A stretch of 64,000 nucleotides of DNA from Parasitella parasitica NRRL 2501 (Eukaryota; Fungi; Mucoromycota), in contig MU619304.1 in NCBI GenBank assembly GCA_025201805.1, forward strand, positions 78,182 through 142,181. The letters are read 5' to 3'. Of the stretch, positions 51,748 through 63,045 are shown in pieces (the stretch's first letter is position 1; each line of letters opens with the position of its first letter). The notes beneath the pieces were generated by a model. The model worked only from the letters and a program-made list of their open reading frames with translations, made no database searches and was not told the DNA's origin. The position numbers and the translations under genes are program-made.

Positions 51748-53600
51748 ATGCACTCCAAAACACTCGTCTTTTCTGCATTTGCTATCATTGGCAGCATGCT
51801 GGTTCAAATCTGCCATGGCCTTGGTTTGTACGGTGGCAGAACTCTGTCGACAAAGTCAAGAAATATCTATTCAATAAGACCGAATGCTGTCAAAAGTGAT
51901 GAAAGTCTTCCTCAAAAATATGGGCCTTTTGTTATGGAAATGCCCCTGGATCACTTCTCTAGCAATGGCCCTAACACCACATTCAAGAACAGGTATTGGG
52001 TCAATACCGACTATTACCAACCAAACGGCCCTATCCTTTGTAAGCTGGCCTATATGGATAACAGATGCTGGATACGCCCTAATATAACTGTTTATTTAGT
52101 CACCAATGCAGGCGAAGCGGCTGTGGATGATGCAAATTATGCCATATTTAACTCAACTATTGCTCAATTAGCCCAGAGGCTGGGTGGAATCTTTATTTAC
52201 ATGGAACATCGATTCTACGGATCGTCCGGACCTGATGTAATGGCGTGTTTAACCCCTGAAATCTTTTTACCTGATTATTGATTGCATGTTTTATAATAGG
52301 ATTTTGAAAAAGAGCTTTCTAAACTAACAGTGGAGCAGGCACTCGCTGATATGGCCTATTTACTTGATAACGTCAAGGTATACTTTCTACAGTTGCCGTC
52401 TGACATGATGAGACAAATTTTCTAATACATATTCGGTGCGTCTGTAGTTTTCTTCCAAACTGGATGTACCGCGGGTGCCCAAAACAAAGGTGATTGTCTA
52501 CGGTTGCAGCTACAGCGGAAGTTTGGCTGCTTGGATGAAGGACAAGTACGCCGATATCATCTTTGCCTCTGTTGCTTCATCCGCGCCCGTCCAGGCTCAA
52601 TTCAACTTTTATCAGTACTTTGATCCAATTATCCGCTACGCACCTGCGCCCTGTATCAATTCAATTCGCAATCTTATTTCTGTTGTAGATAACATTTTGT
52701 TTGGAAACAATACAAAGCAAATAGATGCACTAAAAAAGCTGTTCAATGCCGAGGAATTGTACAACGACGATTTTGCTTCTCGTAAGTTATTGATATTGAT
52801 TTAATATGCGTTTGTGTATCCTCTGACTATATACATGCAGTCTTGTCAAATCCGCTGTCTGAATATTGGCAATACGGCATCACATCAGGCAAAAACAATT
52901 TTAAAGACGTTATCTGTAACACCGTGTTCGACCCCACATCCGATTCGACTACTGAGCAAGATCTTTTGGCCTACGCTGCATTTGTCAAATCCTTCACAAA
53001 GACAAGTCTGTGTCCAGACAACCAGACACTTTCCAGTTGCATAGGCTCGCACAACGCAACCGACATTGAAATGCAAAAACAGAAAGATCCGTCCACCATG
53101 TCTTGGCTTTGGCAAACATGTCTTCAATTCGGTTATTTCCAAGTGTCTGCTCCACACGGCGAGCCTACCATAGTGTCTCGTAAATTGACTACTGACACTT
53201 TTGAGCGCATTTGCCAGCTTTATTTTCCAGGCACGAACGTCCCAAAGCAGCCTGACGTCGATCAAGTCAACAAGGAATACCAGGGCTGGAATATTCATCT
53301 GGAAAACACACTTTGGATCGATGGTGAGTGGGACAGCTGGAGAGAACTGAGCGTTCACAGCGCTCAGGTCAATCGTCAGGTGCAAAATAGCATCATAATT
53401 CCAAACGCAACCCATTGTGCAGTAAGTAATAGCTAATTTTTTTTTCTTTTGCTTTTGCTTTTGCAGCTTTACTTTCTTGACTCACTTTTATGCGCTCTGT
53501 ATAGAACTTTGCTGGTATTGACGAAGGGAGTCCACAATACATGATTGATATACAGGATCAGCAATACATTCAGTTGAAATCGTGGCTCGAGAACAAATAG
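51748..53600 (+). CDS. Secreted serine peptidase, family S28
   Basis: PLDHF..F.NRYW, MEHRFYG.S, QALADMAY, nucleophile GCSYSG, WQTC..GYFQ, DGEWD.W, THC. Confidence 0.92.
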
Positions 53601-53655
53601 ATTTAAAATGTATTTTTTTACACCGTTATATAAATAAAGTATTTATTGTCTTTCT

Positions 53656-54952
53656 TTACTCATTCTTACGAGCAGCAGCTTCACGCTCACGCTTGCGCAA
53701 AGCTCTCTTGCGAATATCCTTTTGAATGTCTAGAGTGTGGGATTTGTTAGCTAGTTGTAAACAATCTTCTTGTCGAATGCATGCACTTACTGTCGTTTTG
53801 GGTCACCCAGAATTGATTAGTCAACAGGTTATTAATGGCCCAATTAGCAACGCTGTGCATAGGATAGGGCGTAGATGTAAAGGGGACATTGGCGCCACAG
53901 GGAACACCTATCTTGTTCAAAACACTAGCAACATAGTTCTTGGCTGTAGGGATCAAAAGAGAAGGTTTGCGGATCTTGCTCATGGCAGATACCACAAAGT
54001 AAGTATTAACATGCTCGACAATAATGCCATCCTTGGCGACTTCAGTTCCCAAAGCTTGAGACCAAGTGGACAAGAATGCTTTGCCGGCAGAATAAACGGA
54101 TAAATAGGGTGTAGGAACCAGCCCAGCAAAAGATCCCATGTTGAAAATAAGTCCCTTTTTACTTTGTTCCACAAATGAATAAAACACAGTTTCAACATCC
54201 AAGCAAACAACCAAACTTACTTTTGCTTCATCTGAGGAAGCACCAATTTTGTCATCTTCATGAGGCCCTTAATGTTGACTTCGACAATGTTGTTGATGAG
54301 CGCATCATCTTCTTCGGCAAAAGGCGTAGGAATGTCATGGTTGACGCCAACGTTGTTTACCAATACGCCCACGCGAATCGAGTCCATTACTTGTCCAACC
54401 TTTCTGAAATCCTCGGCGTCGCCCTTGGTGAAGTCCATTGCGAACGTCTTTGTTTCAACGCCATACTGCTCGGCTGAAAAACTCATTTTAGAAAACAAAA
54501 TGCTCGCTGCATCATTGCCATAATCCCACTCATCACCAACTTACAAATCTCCTTGGCAGCAGCATCCAGCTTGGACGCAGTGCGAGAAATCAGCAGCACA
54601 TTGAACTTTTTCTTTGCGAGTTGTAAAGCAAACTCCTTACCGATACCATCAGTGGCGCCAGTTACAACTAGTTTTAAGCTTTAAATTAACAAATTTGTAA
54701 TAAAACACAAGGGTTGCATTGTCAGCTCTTACCGGCCCATGCACCATCTCCAGCGCCAAACTTTTTGAGCTAATTCACAAGATTGTTACCGAAAAAGAAA
54801 GGTTTTAAGCGCGTTTGACAACTGCGTCTACTTACGGAGATGCCCCTTGCCACAAATGTATCAAAAAGAGTCTTCAAAAGAGTCAAGACCTTGTAACCAA
54901 TAAAAGCAGCGCCAATGGCCGCAAATAAGGTAATTGAATTACACTGAACCAT
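53656..54952 (-). CDS. Very-long-chain 3-oxoacyl-CoA reductase (Ifa38/KAR-like SDR)
   Basis: [19 protein letters not shown], catalytic [16 protein letters not shown]-terminal DIRKRALRK. Confidence 0.92.
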
Positions 54953-55538
54953 GTTGACGAGAACTGAAGGAAAAAGGGCCCAGCTCTCCCTCAAGAAACT
55001 GGTCTTTTATACAGATGTTGTTGAGTCTCAGCTGCTTGTTGGGTTGAAGGAACTAAGGGGTTACCAATGGCCTATCTCCACCCAACTGTTGGGTCCCACA
55101 CGTGCATCACAAATAAAGTATGACAGATGACAACACAAAGCCAAAGCAGGAGTCGATTGGAACATGTCAATTCACAAAGCTCTGCTTCAGATATCAAAAG
55201 AGAAAAAACTCTTGGAATTATAATGTGAAATGTTTGACATTAATGTAGTAGTATACAAAAAAGGCAACAAAGAATTGTTGTGTCAATAAGTGAAGCTTAC
55301 GAAAAAAAAAAAAAAAATGGAACTGAAGACTCTGATACTGATGTTCCATAATTGTATGGTTTTTATATATTCAAAAAAAAAAATTAGTGGTGTGTGTAAT
55401 TATAAAAATATAATAGCAGAATATAGATGTTTTTGAGTTTTTTTTTAAAAAACGGTTTCAAGAAACTTGATAAAGAGAGAAGACTAAATTAATGGATAGT
55501 AACTAAATATCAAAGGAAGGGTATGGACATATGTTATT

Positions 55539-58038
55539 TCATAGTAAAAGAGAAAAGAATCTACGAGTTTTGCTACCCGTATTTGGCTTGGATGGCTTTG
55601 TGGAAGCAGAGCGCTCCTGCAACTGCTGTTGTTGCTTCTGTTGATCTTGTTGAATATTGAACGAAAGTCTAAGATCAGGCAATTTTGAAAATTCAAGGTC
55701 TTCAAATGAAGATACAGTGTCAGGAATGAAGGGATTTTCATTGACAATTGGATAACTCATTACGGCCAGCGTAGCTTGTTGCTGTTGTTGTTGTTGTTGT
55801 TGTTCTGATTGCTGATTAGTATCTGATCCGCTGGTATTACGCCTTTTGGCATAACGAACATGTTCTTCAGAGGGTGAAAACGGAGTCTTTGCAAAACTTG
55901 GTTTTACAAGTACATCATCATTCAAACAAAAGGTATCGACATTCGACAGCATACTAATGCTGCCACGCTTTCGTGCTGGCTGAAATAAAGGTGGTTCTTG
56001 TTCGCCGTGTTCTTCTTGTTCTTCTTGTTCTTCTTGGTCCGAGTCATCCTGGTAAAACCCATCTTGATGATGAGATCTGTTGTATTCGACATGCGGTTGC
56101 TCTAATTCGAAATATCTCTCATCAGTGAATGAATAGCCATCAAAAATATCTTGCACTTCATCAGAGAATTCAACTTCAGAAGGAACCGGCGTCAAAGCAG
56201 GAGACATTGCCAGAAAATCAGGGTCAAAGTTGGTGAAATCCAGCTCGTCAGTGACAGGAGGAAGGTAAGGAGGTTGCAGCCGACGATTTCTGATATCATC
56301 CCATGTAATATCGGCAAAATACACGTGATTCTTGATTTCCTCAACGCCTTGCGCACCAAGACGAGTCCTCGGGTCACGATCCAGGACGTCTGATAGAAAT
56401 TCGGCCGTTTCATAGTCGAAAATGTCGGCAGGGAACTCCAAGGCATCGTTCAATACACGCTGATACATGTCTGAATGATTGTCTGCCCAGAAGGGAGTGA
56501 TACCGGCCAACATCTCGTACAAAATCGTACCAAAGCTCCAGTAATCGATGGTGAATGAATAAGCTTCTCCCAAAAGCACTTCGGGCGCCAGGTATTCTGC
56601 AGTGCCACAGAATGTCTGTGTCGAATAATCGTCTTCTTTGGTCAGCCATTTGCTAAGACCAAAGTCTGTCAAGATGATATGTCCATCGCCGCTCAAGAGG
56701 ATATTCTCGGGCTTCAGATCTCTGTAGAGAACGCCCAAACGATGCAGCTCTCCGATGCCGTCAATGATTTCAGCTGCATAAAAGAGAGCACATTCTGGGG
56801 TAAAGTTGTACAGCCTGGCCATGTGAGTAGCAAGGTCACCGCCACAGTAGTAGTTGGTCAGTAAATACAAGCGATGTTCGTCTTGAAACGAGGCATGGAG
56901 CTTGGCAAGATATGGATGGTTTAATTCAGCTAATCTGGCCAGGATGTTTCTCTCGTCCAAGGTGTGTGTTATCTCTCGTTGGTCAATCACATGCTCCTTT
57001 ACAATGGATTTTAAGGCATAAAGCTCTTTGGTAATTTGCGATCTCACCAGCACAACCTTGTGATACTCAAATTTTAGTACTCTTATTTATCGACATATTT
57101 TGTCTTGGTACTTACTTTTCCCATACAGCCTTTCCCCAGAACTTTGATCATTTCTAAATGATCAAGAGGAAAAGTGTCTTGGTGGTAGTGGGGGTAATGG
57201 TCCGTACTCTTGGAAAGCATGTCAAATAAATTGTCATCGTCATCGTCGTCGTCTTGCTGCTCATCGTCATGATTAGTGTTGATCGAGTTGGGCAAGCTGA
57301 TGACAGAGGGGTGTGGGCTAGGCACCCATACTTTTCCGACATCGATTCTACTGTCGATAATAGAATCTTGCAAAGTTGCGGTGTTCAGCTGTGGCGAATA
57401 TGAAGCGGGAGTGTCTTGCGAATCAGGTGAGAAGGAGGAGGGGGTTGTTGCTGACACATGTGATTTCTCTTTTATCAAATCGCCTTCTCTCTGAGGAGAA
57501 AAAAAATCTCGCAAAAGAGTCGAATTCTTTAGAACCGGATCCATGGAACAGCGATACAAGTATTTCTCGACTTTTTCAGCGTTAGATTTCATCGACATGT
57601 GAAAGAAGCTTCGAATGCTCATCCTCTTTTCTGCCTTTGAGATGGATTCTGACAGGGTTGGAAGTGGAATTTTGATCTTTTGGTAGTGCGTTTTGATCTA
57701 GAGTGTAGAAAGTTTTAAAAAAAATGTGTGCTAAATGAACGAAAACTATCCCCTTTACCAAATGATCAAAGCTATAAAGATCAGGAATGTACCTGATTAT
57801 ATAAAGATCAACATGACTTGTCTTTACGATAATATTGAACTCCTAGATGTTTTTGCAGGGTCAATGTCAATAACCATCACAATTCGGCACACATATCAAG
57901 CTGCGTCCTTACCGGTACAGTCTTCCATGATTCGTCGTTTGTATCTTTGACAACAATTGGAAATTCTGTTACTTTAATTTCATAAATGGATTCCATGATA
58001 TCAACGTGTTTTCTTAAGATCTCCAATGTTTGTTGCAT
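55539..58038 (-). CDS. AGC Ser/Thr kinase (SGK/Ypk/Akt-like) with degenerate N-terminal PX-like domain; start uncertain
   Basis: GKGCMGKV, YRDLKPEN, DFG, TFCGTAEYLAPE, hydrophobic motif FDGYSF; PX-like end EKYL..DPVLKNS.LLRDFF. Confidence 0.88.
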
Positions 58039-60358
58039 GTAAGTTGGTAGCGACAATGGTCCTGTATTTTTTTTTTTTTTTTTTTCCTCGAGAAAATATA
58101 AATGTATTTGCGTAGCGTGAGACAGTTCTAGATGCATATTGTGAGTCAAGCTCTGGTTTCAAGTCTCTGTTTACTTACATATAGAAATATATAATATATT
58201 TAAAAAAAACTCCTTTTGCAAATAGCGTTTAGTATCATTATCCATCCGCTCGAATGCCAACTGCTTACCTGAACCAAAGTTAAAAAAATATATATTATAT
58301 ATGTAAATTACCCAAAAAGCTTTCTTGTCTGTGTGTTTACTGTCTTGTGCAAGAAAAAAAAGCTCTTTTGCTTTGTATCAATTGATAAAAACAATAAAGA
58401 AAAGGGGAAGCAGGCAAAAAAAGAAGAAAGAGAGGTGAGAAAAAAAATAAGGATAAAAAGAGAGAGAGGAGAAGAAGGAAGAGAAGAAAGAAATGATAAA
58501 AACGAGGGGAACATAGTGCTATAGCAGCATACCAAAATTCTTTTTTCGGAATGCGTAGATGATATTGTATTCTTGCGTTACATGCGCCATTAAAACAAGC
58601 AGTTTGTGGTTACATTTTCCAAATGTAACTGCGTTGATGCAATTCTGTATTGATTCGAACTGTTCGTCATGCCTTGAATATTTTAAAACTTGTAATATGT
58701 AAATATATGCTTTTGTTCTATAAAAAGCATCGACACACTTGTGATTAGCTCGGCCATGTATGTAGCACTGCGCCCTCTCTCTTTATGTAGATGGGGACAC
58801 ATGTAATGTATCTATACACGTCTCTGCATTCCTAATTTGCAATATGTTTCAAGTATGTATGTAGGTGTATTTGACGCAAAGATCACACCCTCATATATAG
58901 ACATATAAACATTTACAGCGCCCTGGGGGTTTTATGTTTCTATCCTTTCTCCTAAAAGAAAAAAGCACATATTTAGCAAGCCTATATATACATCCTTCTA
59001 TATTGAGGGGTTAGTTTTGACCAAGGGGTAAAGCAGAGTCGTTTACATTACAGCATGTAGCAAATCCGAATATCCAGATATGTATGTGGAGAGTGCATGA
59101 ACGTTTGATTACGCTTTTTCCTACACGATATCTGATCAAAAGCTTAAAAATCAAGGCGCCAAATTTTGTAATTACCGATGCTTTGTTTATGAAAAGCATT
59201 CATGCGTCGTTCATTTGAAGTGATAGAGTGTGTGCATTGGGAGCTCCTTTGACGTCGATGACATTTAATCATTTAAGCAAATACTCATTGTCACTGGAGC
59301 TCAAGCATTCTCACTGTGCGGTGCATATAAAAACTGTGCTGGGCATTCCCTTTCCATCTTCCTGGATATCACACGAGGGCAGTTTGTTTCACAGAGCCGC
59401 TCTATTTCAAAACATAAGGTTTCTGTCAAGATCGCATTTGCAGCGAAATTCAGAGCCTGATCGTTACACGTCTTTTGATGATCGATTGCGGCGTTTGCAG
59501 CACTATGTGATGAGACGAATGATCTGCACATGATACTGAATCTTATTGAAGGTGATACAATTCTTGCGTAGTTTTCTGTTTTACGATTAAAAGCGTTTAT
59601 TTCATGATGCTTCAATAAACAGTTATTAAGAATGAATCGAGTAGCCATTAGGGTTTGCATACGTATTAGAAAAGTGAACACTTTTGCTTAAAAATACATG
59701 AAAGTCAAATTATACTCACCATGTCCTCAATGAGAGAGAAACACATCTGTCAATTATACTATTTGACGTAGTCATGGTACTACGGAGAGCATCTATTACG
59801 ATGTATCTTGTACTCTTATTTTATAAAACATGGTAGATGAACAGAACAGTTATTGAGCTTTCATGTTCAAGTTCGCATTTATTGCTTTTTGAGCAACTTG
59901 TCTTGCATAATCATAACTTCCTGATCAAACTATGCTTATAGTTAGGATGTTAAATTTCATGAGCCATTAGTCTGTTCTACTCTGTAATTATATATGTACC
60001 AAACACTTTCTTTCTCAGTATCTCAATCAAAAACTCATTGTAACAGCAAAAAGGCTTACTTTGCAGTGTGATTCTGGCATCAAGTTATTAAACAATATGG
60101 CTTTAAGGCATGCATAGGCTTCTACGCTGATTAAATTTTGTGCAAATTACACATTTTAGCATAATGAACACTATTTTGAAGCACTCCCATTCATAAAGAG
60201 CCATGAAGCAAGACTCATTGAATATTTTACGTGTTTCATTAAAACAAAAGGCAATAACAATGTATCCGGCATACAAGTTTTGAGCTATTATAAATCTTCC
60301 ACGAAAGACGAAATTGCAAAAAGGTATTCTTTTTCTTTCATTTACACACAATCGCAAA

Positions 60359-62143
60359 ATGAAGCAGTCTCCTTGGAACACGCTACCTTTAGAAGTGTGC
60401 TGCATTATATTCGAACAAATTGAATCCGTAACAGAATTAGCCAACTGCCGATTAGTTTGTAAAATGTGGAACCCTCTTGCCGAGAAAGCCATGTTTGGTC
60501 AGCATTTGGAGTTCAGAAGAGCTGAATCCATTGTCAAGTTTATTGCTATCTTGAAGTCGAAACCAGCAGCAACTCGGTTTATCAAGTCAATAAGTCTATT
60601 TGACCCTTACCACAAGTTTCTGCAACTACAAAAAGAATTACTCGACCTGGCACTGACGCCAAACATCAGATATTTGCGAGGTGAAATGAGCGAGGAGCTA
60701 TTTGGCCATTTATTATGCATTGCTCAGCAATCACCCAGCAAATTCGACAGGTTACAGGCATTACCAAAGTTGAATACAATAGCCAGCGGCAAATTTTCAG
60801 AAATGGGAAGATGCATATCCTCCATAATGGGAACGGGCAAATTGAACACAATGAGATCCAAGTATTTTGATGCAATGCTTTATTTTAAAAAACCCTTGAA
60901 AGAACTAAATGCATCGTTGTCACTGTTCGAAGTACCTGGATTATGTGATTGTATCTTCAATCATCTAGACGAATTCACAAGCTTAACCAAGCTCGCATTG
61001 GATTTTTATGGTTTTCCTAACTATGATATGCAGTCTAGGTATTTCCTTGAGCTGGAGATGATTCTTAACCAGTGCGGCACGCTACAGACTCTGAAGCTTG
61101 ACCTGCTAGGCTGGGGCGTCAGTCATTCAATGGAGAAGGTAGAGTTCAAGGAATGGCTTTCAAACAACGTGGTGCCAGTTCCAAGTCTTCATACAATTAT
61201 ACTCGATCGAGCGTCCAGTCCACATATGCTTGAGTATGTTGTACACAAGTACCCCAAAGTCTCCAAAATAATTATCGAGAACTTTAATACCTGCACTGAG
61301 CGCGTTCTGGATGCCATCAAAAATATAGACACGGTTCAATTACTTACAAAACAAACAATCATTGAGGGATCCTTCTTAGAATTATTCCGCAAGATGAGGA
61401 GTAAGACGAATCAAATGCAGATCCTAGGCACCGATGATCCCAATAAGGGTGGGCCATTACTAGATATAACCAAATGCAAGAGCACTGGAATTACAAAGTT
61501 TGTTATAAACACAATGTCCGCACCACAACTTATTTACGAGGAGATCATATCACTAATTGGCTCAGTAAACTGCTTGGAGACAAGGTATATAGGCTACTGC
61601 TGTGAGCGTGAGAGGGGCAAACCATTGTTAGACAAGCTACGCGACGTAGTCCCATTTGATAGCTTAGACAAACTAGCTTGTTTTAAGTTACAATGTGATG
61701 GAGAAGAGATTAATGCAAACATCTGTGAAAAATTAGCTTCTGCTGCTCCGAATTTGAACCATCTGACTATCAATGCTAGCTGCTCTTATGAAAAAGGTCA
61801 TCATGTATACTTTCCTCGTGCAGATCTTGAAACTGTTTCCATATTCAGAACACCTGGTTCCACAAAAAAGTATCTTCAAGAAGCTCAAGAGGTCCTCCTG
61901 ATAATAGAAAAAACAGGTGCTCCGCAAATGTCCTATTACCTCCTAACGCCTGGAGCAAACGGGCTACCTTCTCGCAGCCAGCAGATCTCCAAGCAAAGTC
62001 TTTCAGAGTATCCTCACAAGCTACCAGTGATTCGCATTGCGTTTAAATCTTTGAGTAACCTGAAAATTAGCCTTGGGGCCCTTTTATTAGAAATGAAGTT
62101 TGACCCTGAGGCTCGAACTGAGCAATCCATTGTTGATTGTTGA
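60359..62143 (+). CDS. F-box protein with LRR-like region (intronless)
   Basis: WNTLPLEVCCIIFEQI..LANCRLVCKMWN F-box; long open frame. Confidence 0.8.
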   Translation: MKQSPWNTLPLEVCCIIFEQIESVTELANCRLVCKMWNPLAEKAMFGQHLEFRRAESIVKFIAILKSKPAATRFIKSISLFDPYHKFLQLQKELLDLALTPNIRYLRGEMSEELFGHLLCIAQQSPSKFDRLQALPKLNTIASGKFSEMGRCISSIMGTGKLNTMRSKYFDAMLYFKKPLKELNASLSLFEVPGLCDCIFNHLDEFTSLTKLALDFYGFPNYDMQSRYFLELEMILNQCGTLQTLKLDLLGWGVSHSMEKVEFKEWLSNNVVPVPSLHTIILDRASSPHMLEYVVHKYPKVSKIIIENFNTCTERVLDAIKNIDTVQLLTKQTIIEGSFLELFRKMRSKTNQMQILGTDDPNKGGPLLDITKCKSTGITKFVINTMSAPQLIYEEIISLIGSVNCLETRYIGYCCERERGKPLLDKLRDVVPFDSLDKLACFKLQCDGEEINANICEKLASAAPNLNHLTINASCSYEKGHHVYFPRADLETVSIFRTPGSTKKYLQEAQEVLLIIEKTGAPQMSYYLLTPGANGLPSRSQQISKQSLSEYPHKLPVIRIAFKSLSNLKISLGALLLEMKFDPEARTEQSIVDC

Positions 62144-62168
62144 TTTTACTAATTAGCAGTGATTATAA

Positions 62169-62250
<82 letters not shown>

Positions 62251-62767
62251 CTTTTTTTTTTTTTTTGAAGGAGTGGATGTCTTATGCTATTTACACGCAC
62301 TCTCCATAGCCTTTTTTATAGAAACACAATATCTCATGTAGCTCTTAATACAATAGCAGCATGATATACTAGTGATATTACTCTTGTCGACTCTGTCATT
62401 AACTTTGGAAATAATAAATAGCTCCTTAATTCCATTATTGCCTACAAGCTAACAGTATAAACCATATCAATTGAAGCAATTAACATATCATTTAGAGCCC
62501 AAGAATTGTTAGAACTCGATATACATTTGTCCAACAATATAAATAGAGAGTCCTCAAATGAAGAATAACGTAAAAGTCCAAATAGACCTTCATTGTGATA
62601 CACATGGTCTACTGTAAGTAAAATAAACAATAAACATATGATAAAATTGCCTGCTGAGCCCACCAGCAGGGACATCAAAACTGGTATACATCTCTTGTAA
62701 CCTCGCAACTGATCAAGAAGATATTTTAGATTAAAGGGTACATACAGTTTCCTCCGCTTCAACAAAA

Positions 62768-63045
62768 CCATTGGCGGTGATGTAGATTACAGTTGACGAA
62801 ACTAGGTTGGGCCAATGAAAATAAATTTTGGTCATTTCCAAATTGAGTTGGGACACGATTACAAAAATGGGTCACGAATACGAAAATGGGACAACAAGAT
62901 GAAAATGGGACATGAGTACGAACATGGAGATAATGTTAGTATCTTTCAGAAGAGTCAGAATTGTTACAGCTTCTTACCTGCAATATCTTTAAGTTGCTGA
63001 CTCACCGGAGTGAGCAGCAACAACCACATTGGAGGTGGCGGTATG
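62768..63045 (-). ncRNA. Predicted Fanzor omegaRNA (scaffold overlapping the CDS 3' end, candidate intron, TIR tip and flank-derived guide); boundaries uncertain
   Basis: Hairpins GUUGCUG-CUCAC-uccg-GUGAG-u-CAGCAAC and CCAC-cuccaau-GUGG in the last codons; TnpB/Fanzor omegaRNAs are encoded at the element right end. Confidence 0.5.
62849..62924. repeat. Four tandem 19-bp subterminal repeats
   Basis: tgggacacgattacaaaaa / tgggtcacgaatacgaaaa / tgggacaacaagatgaaaa / tgggacatgagtacgaaca with exact 19-bp period. Confidence 0.9.

Noticed and set aside
59228-59775. Possible small multi-exon gene on the minus strand
   Set aside because: Splice-like sites exist, but I could not build a stop-free model.
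62442-62771. 109-aa minus-strand ORF downstream of the Fanzor element
   Set aside because: No recognisable motif; treated as flanking DNA.
62849-62924. Regular repeats next to a Cas12-related nuclease read as a CRISPR array
   Set aside because: Units are contiguous with no unique spacers, and the context is a eukaryotic transposon end.
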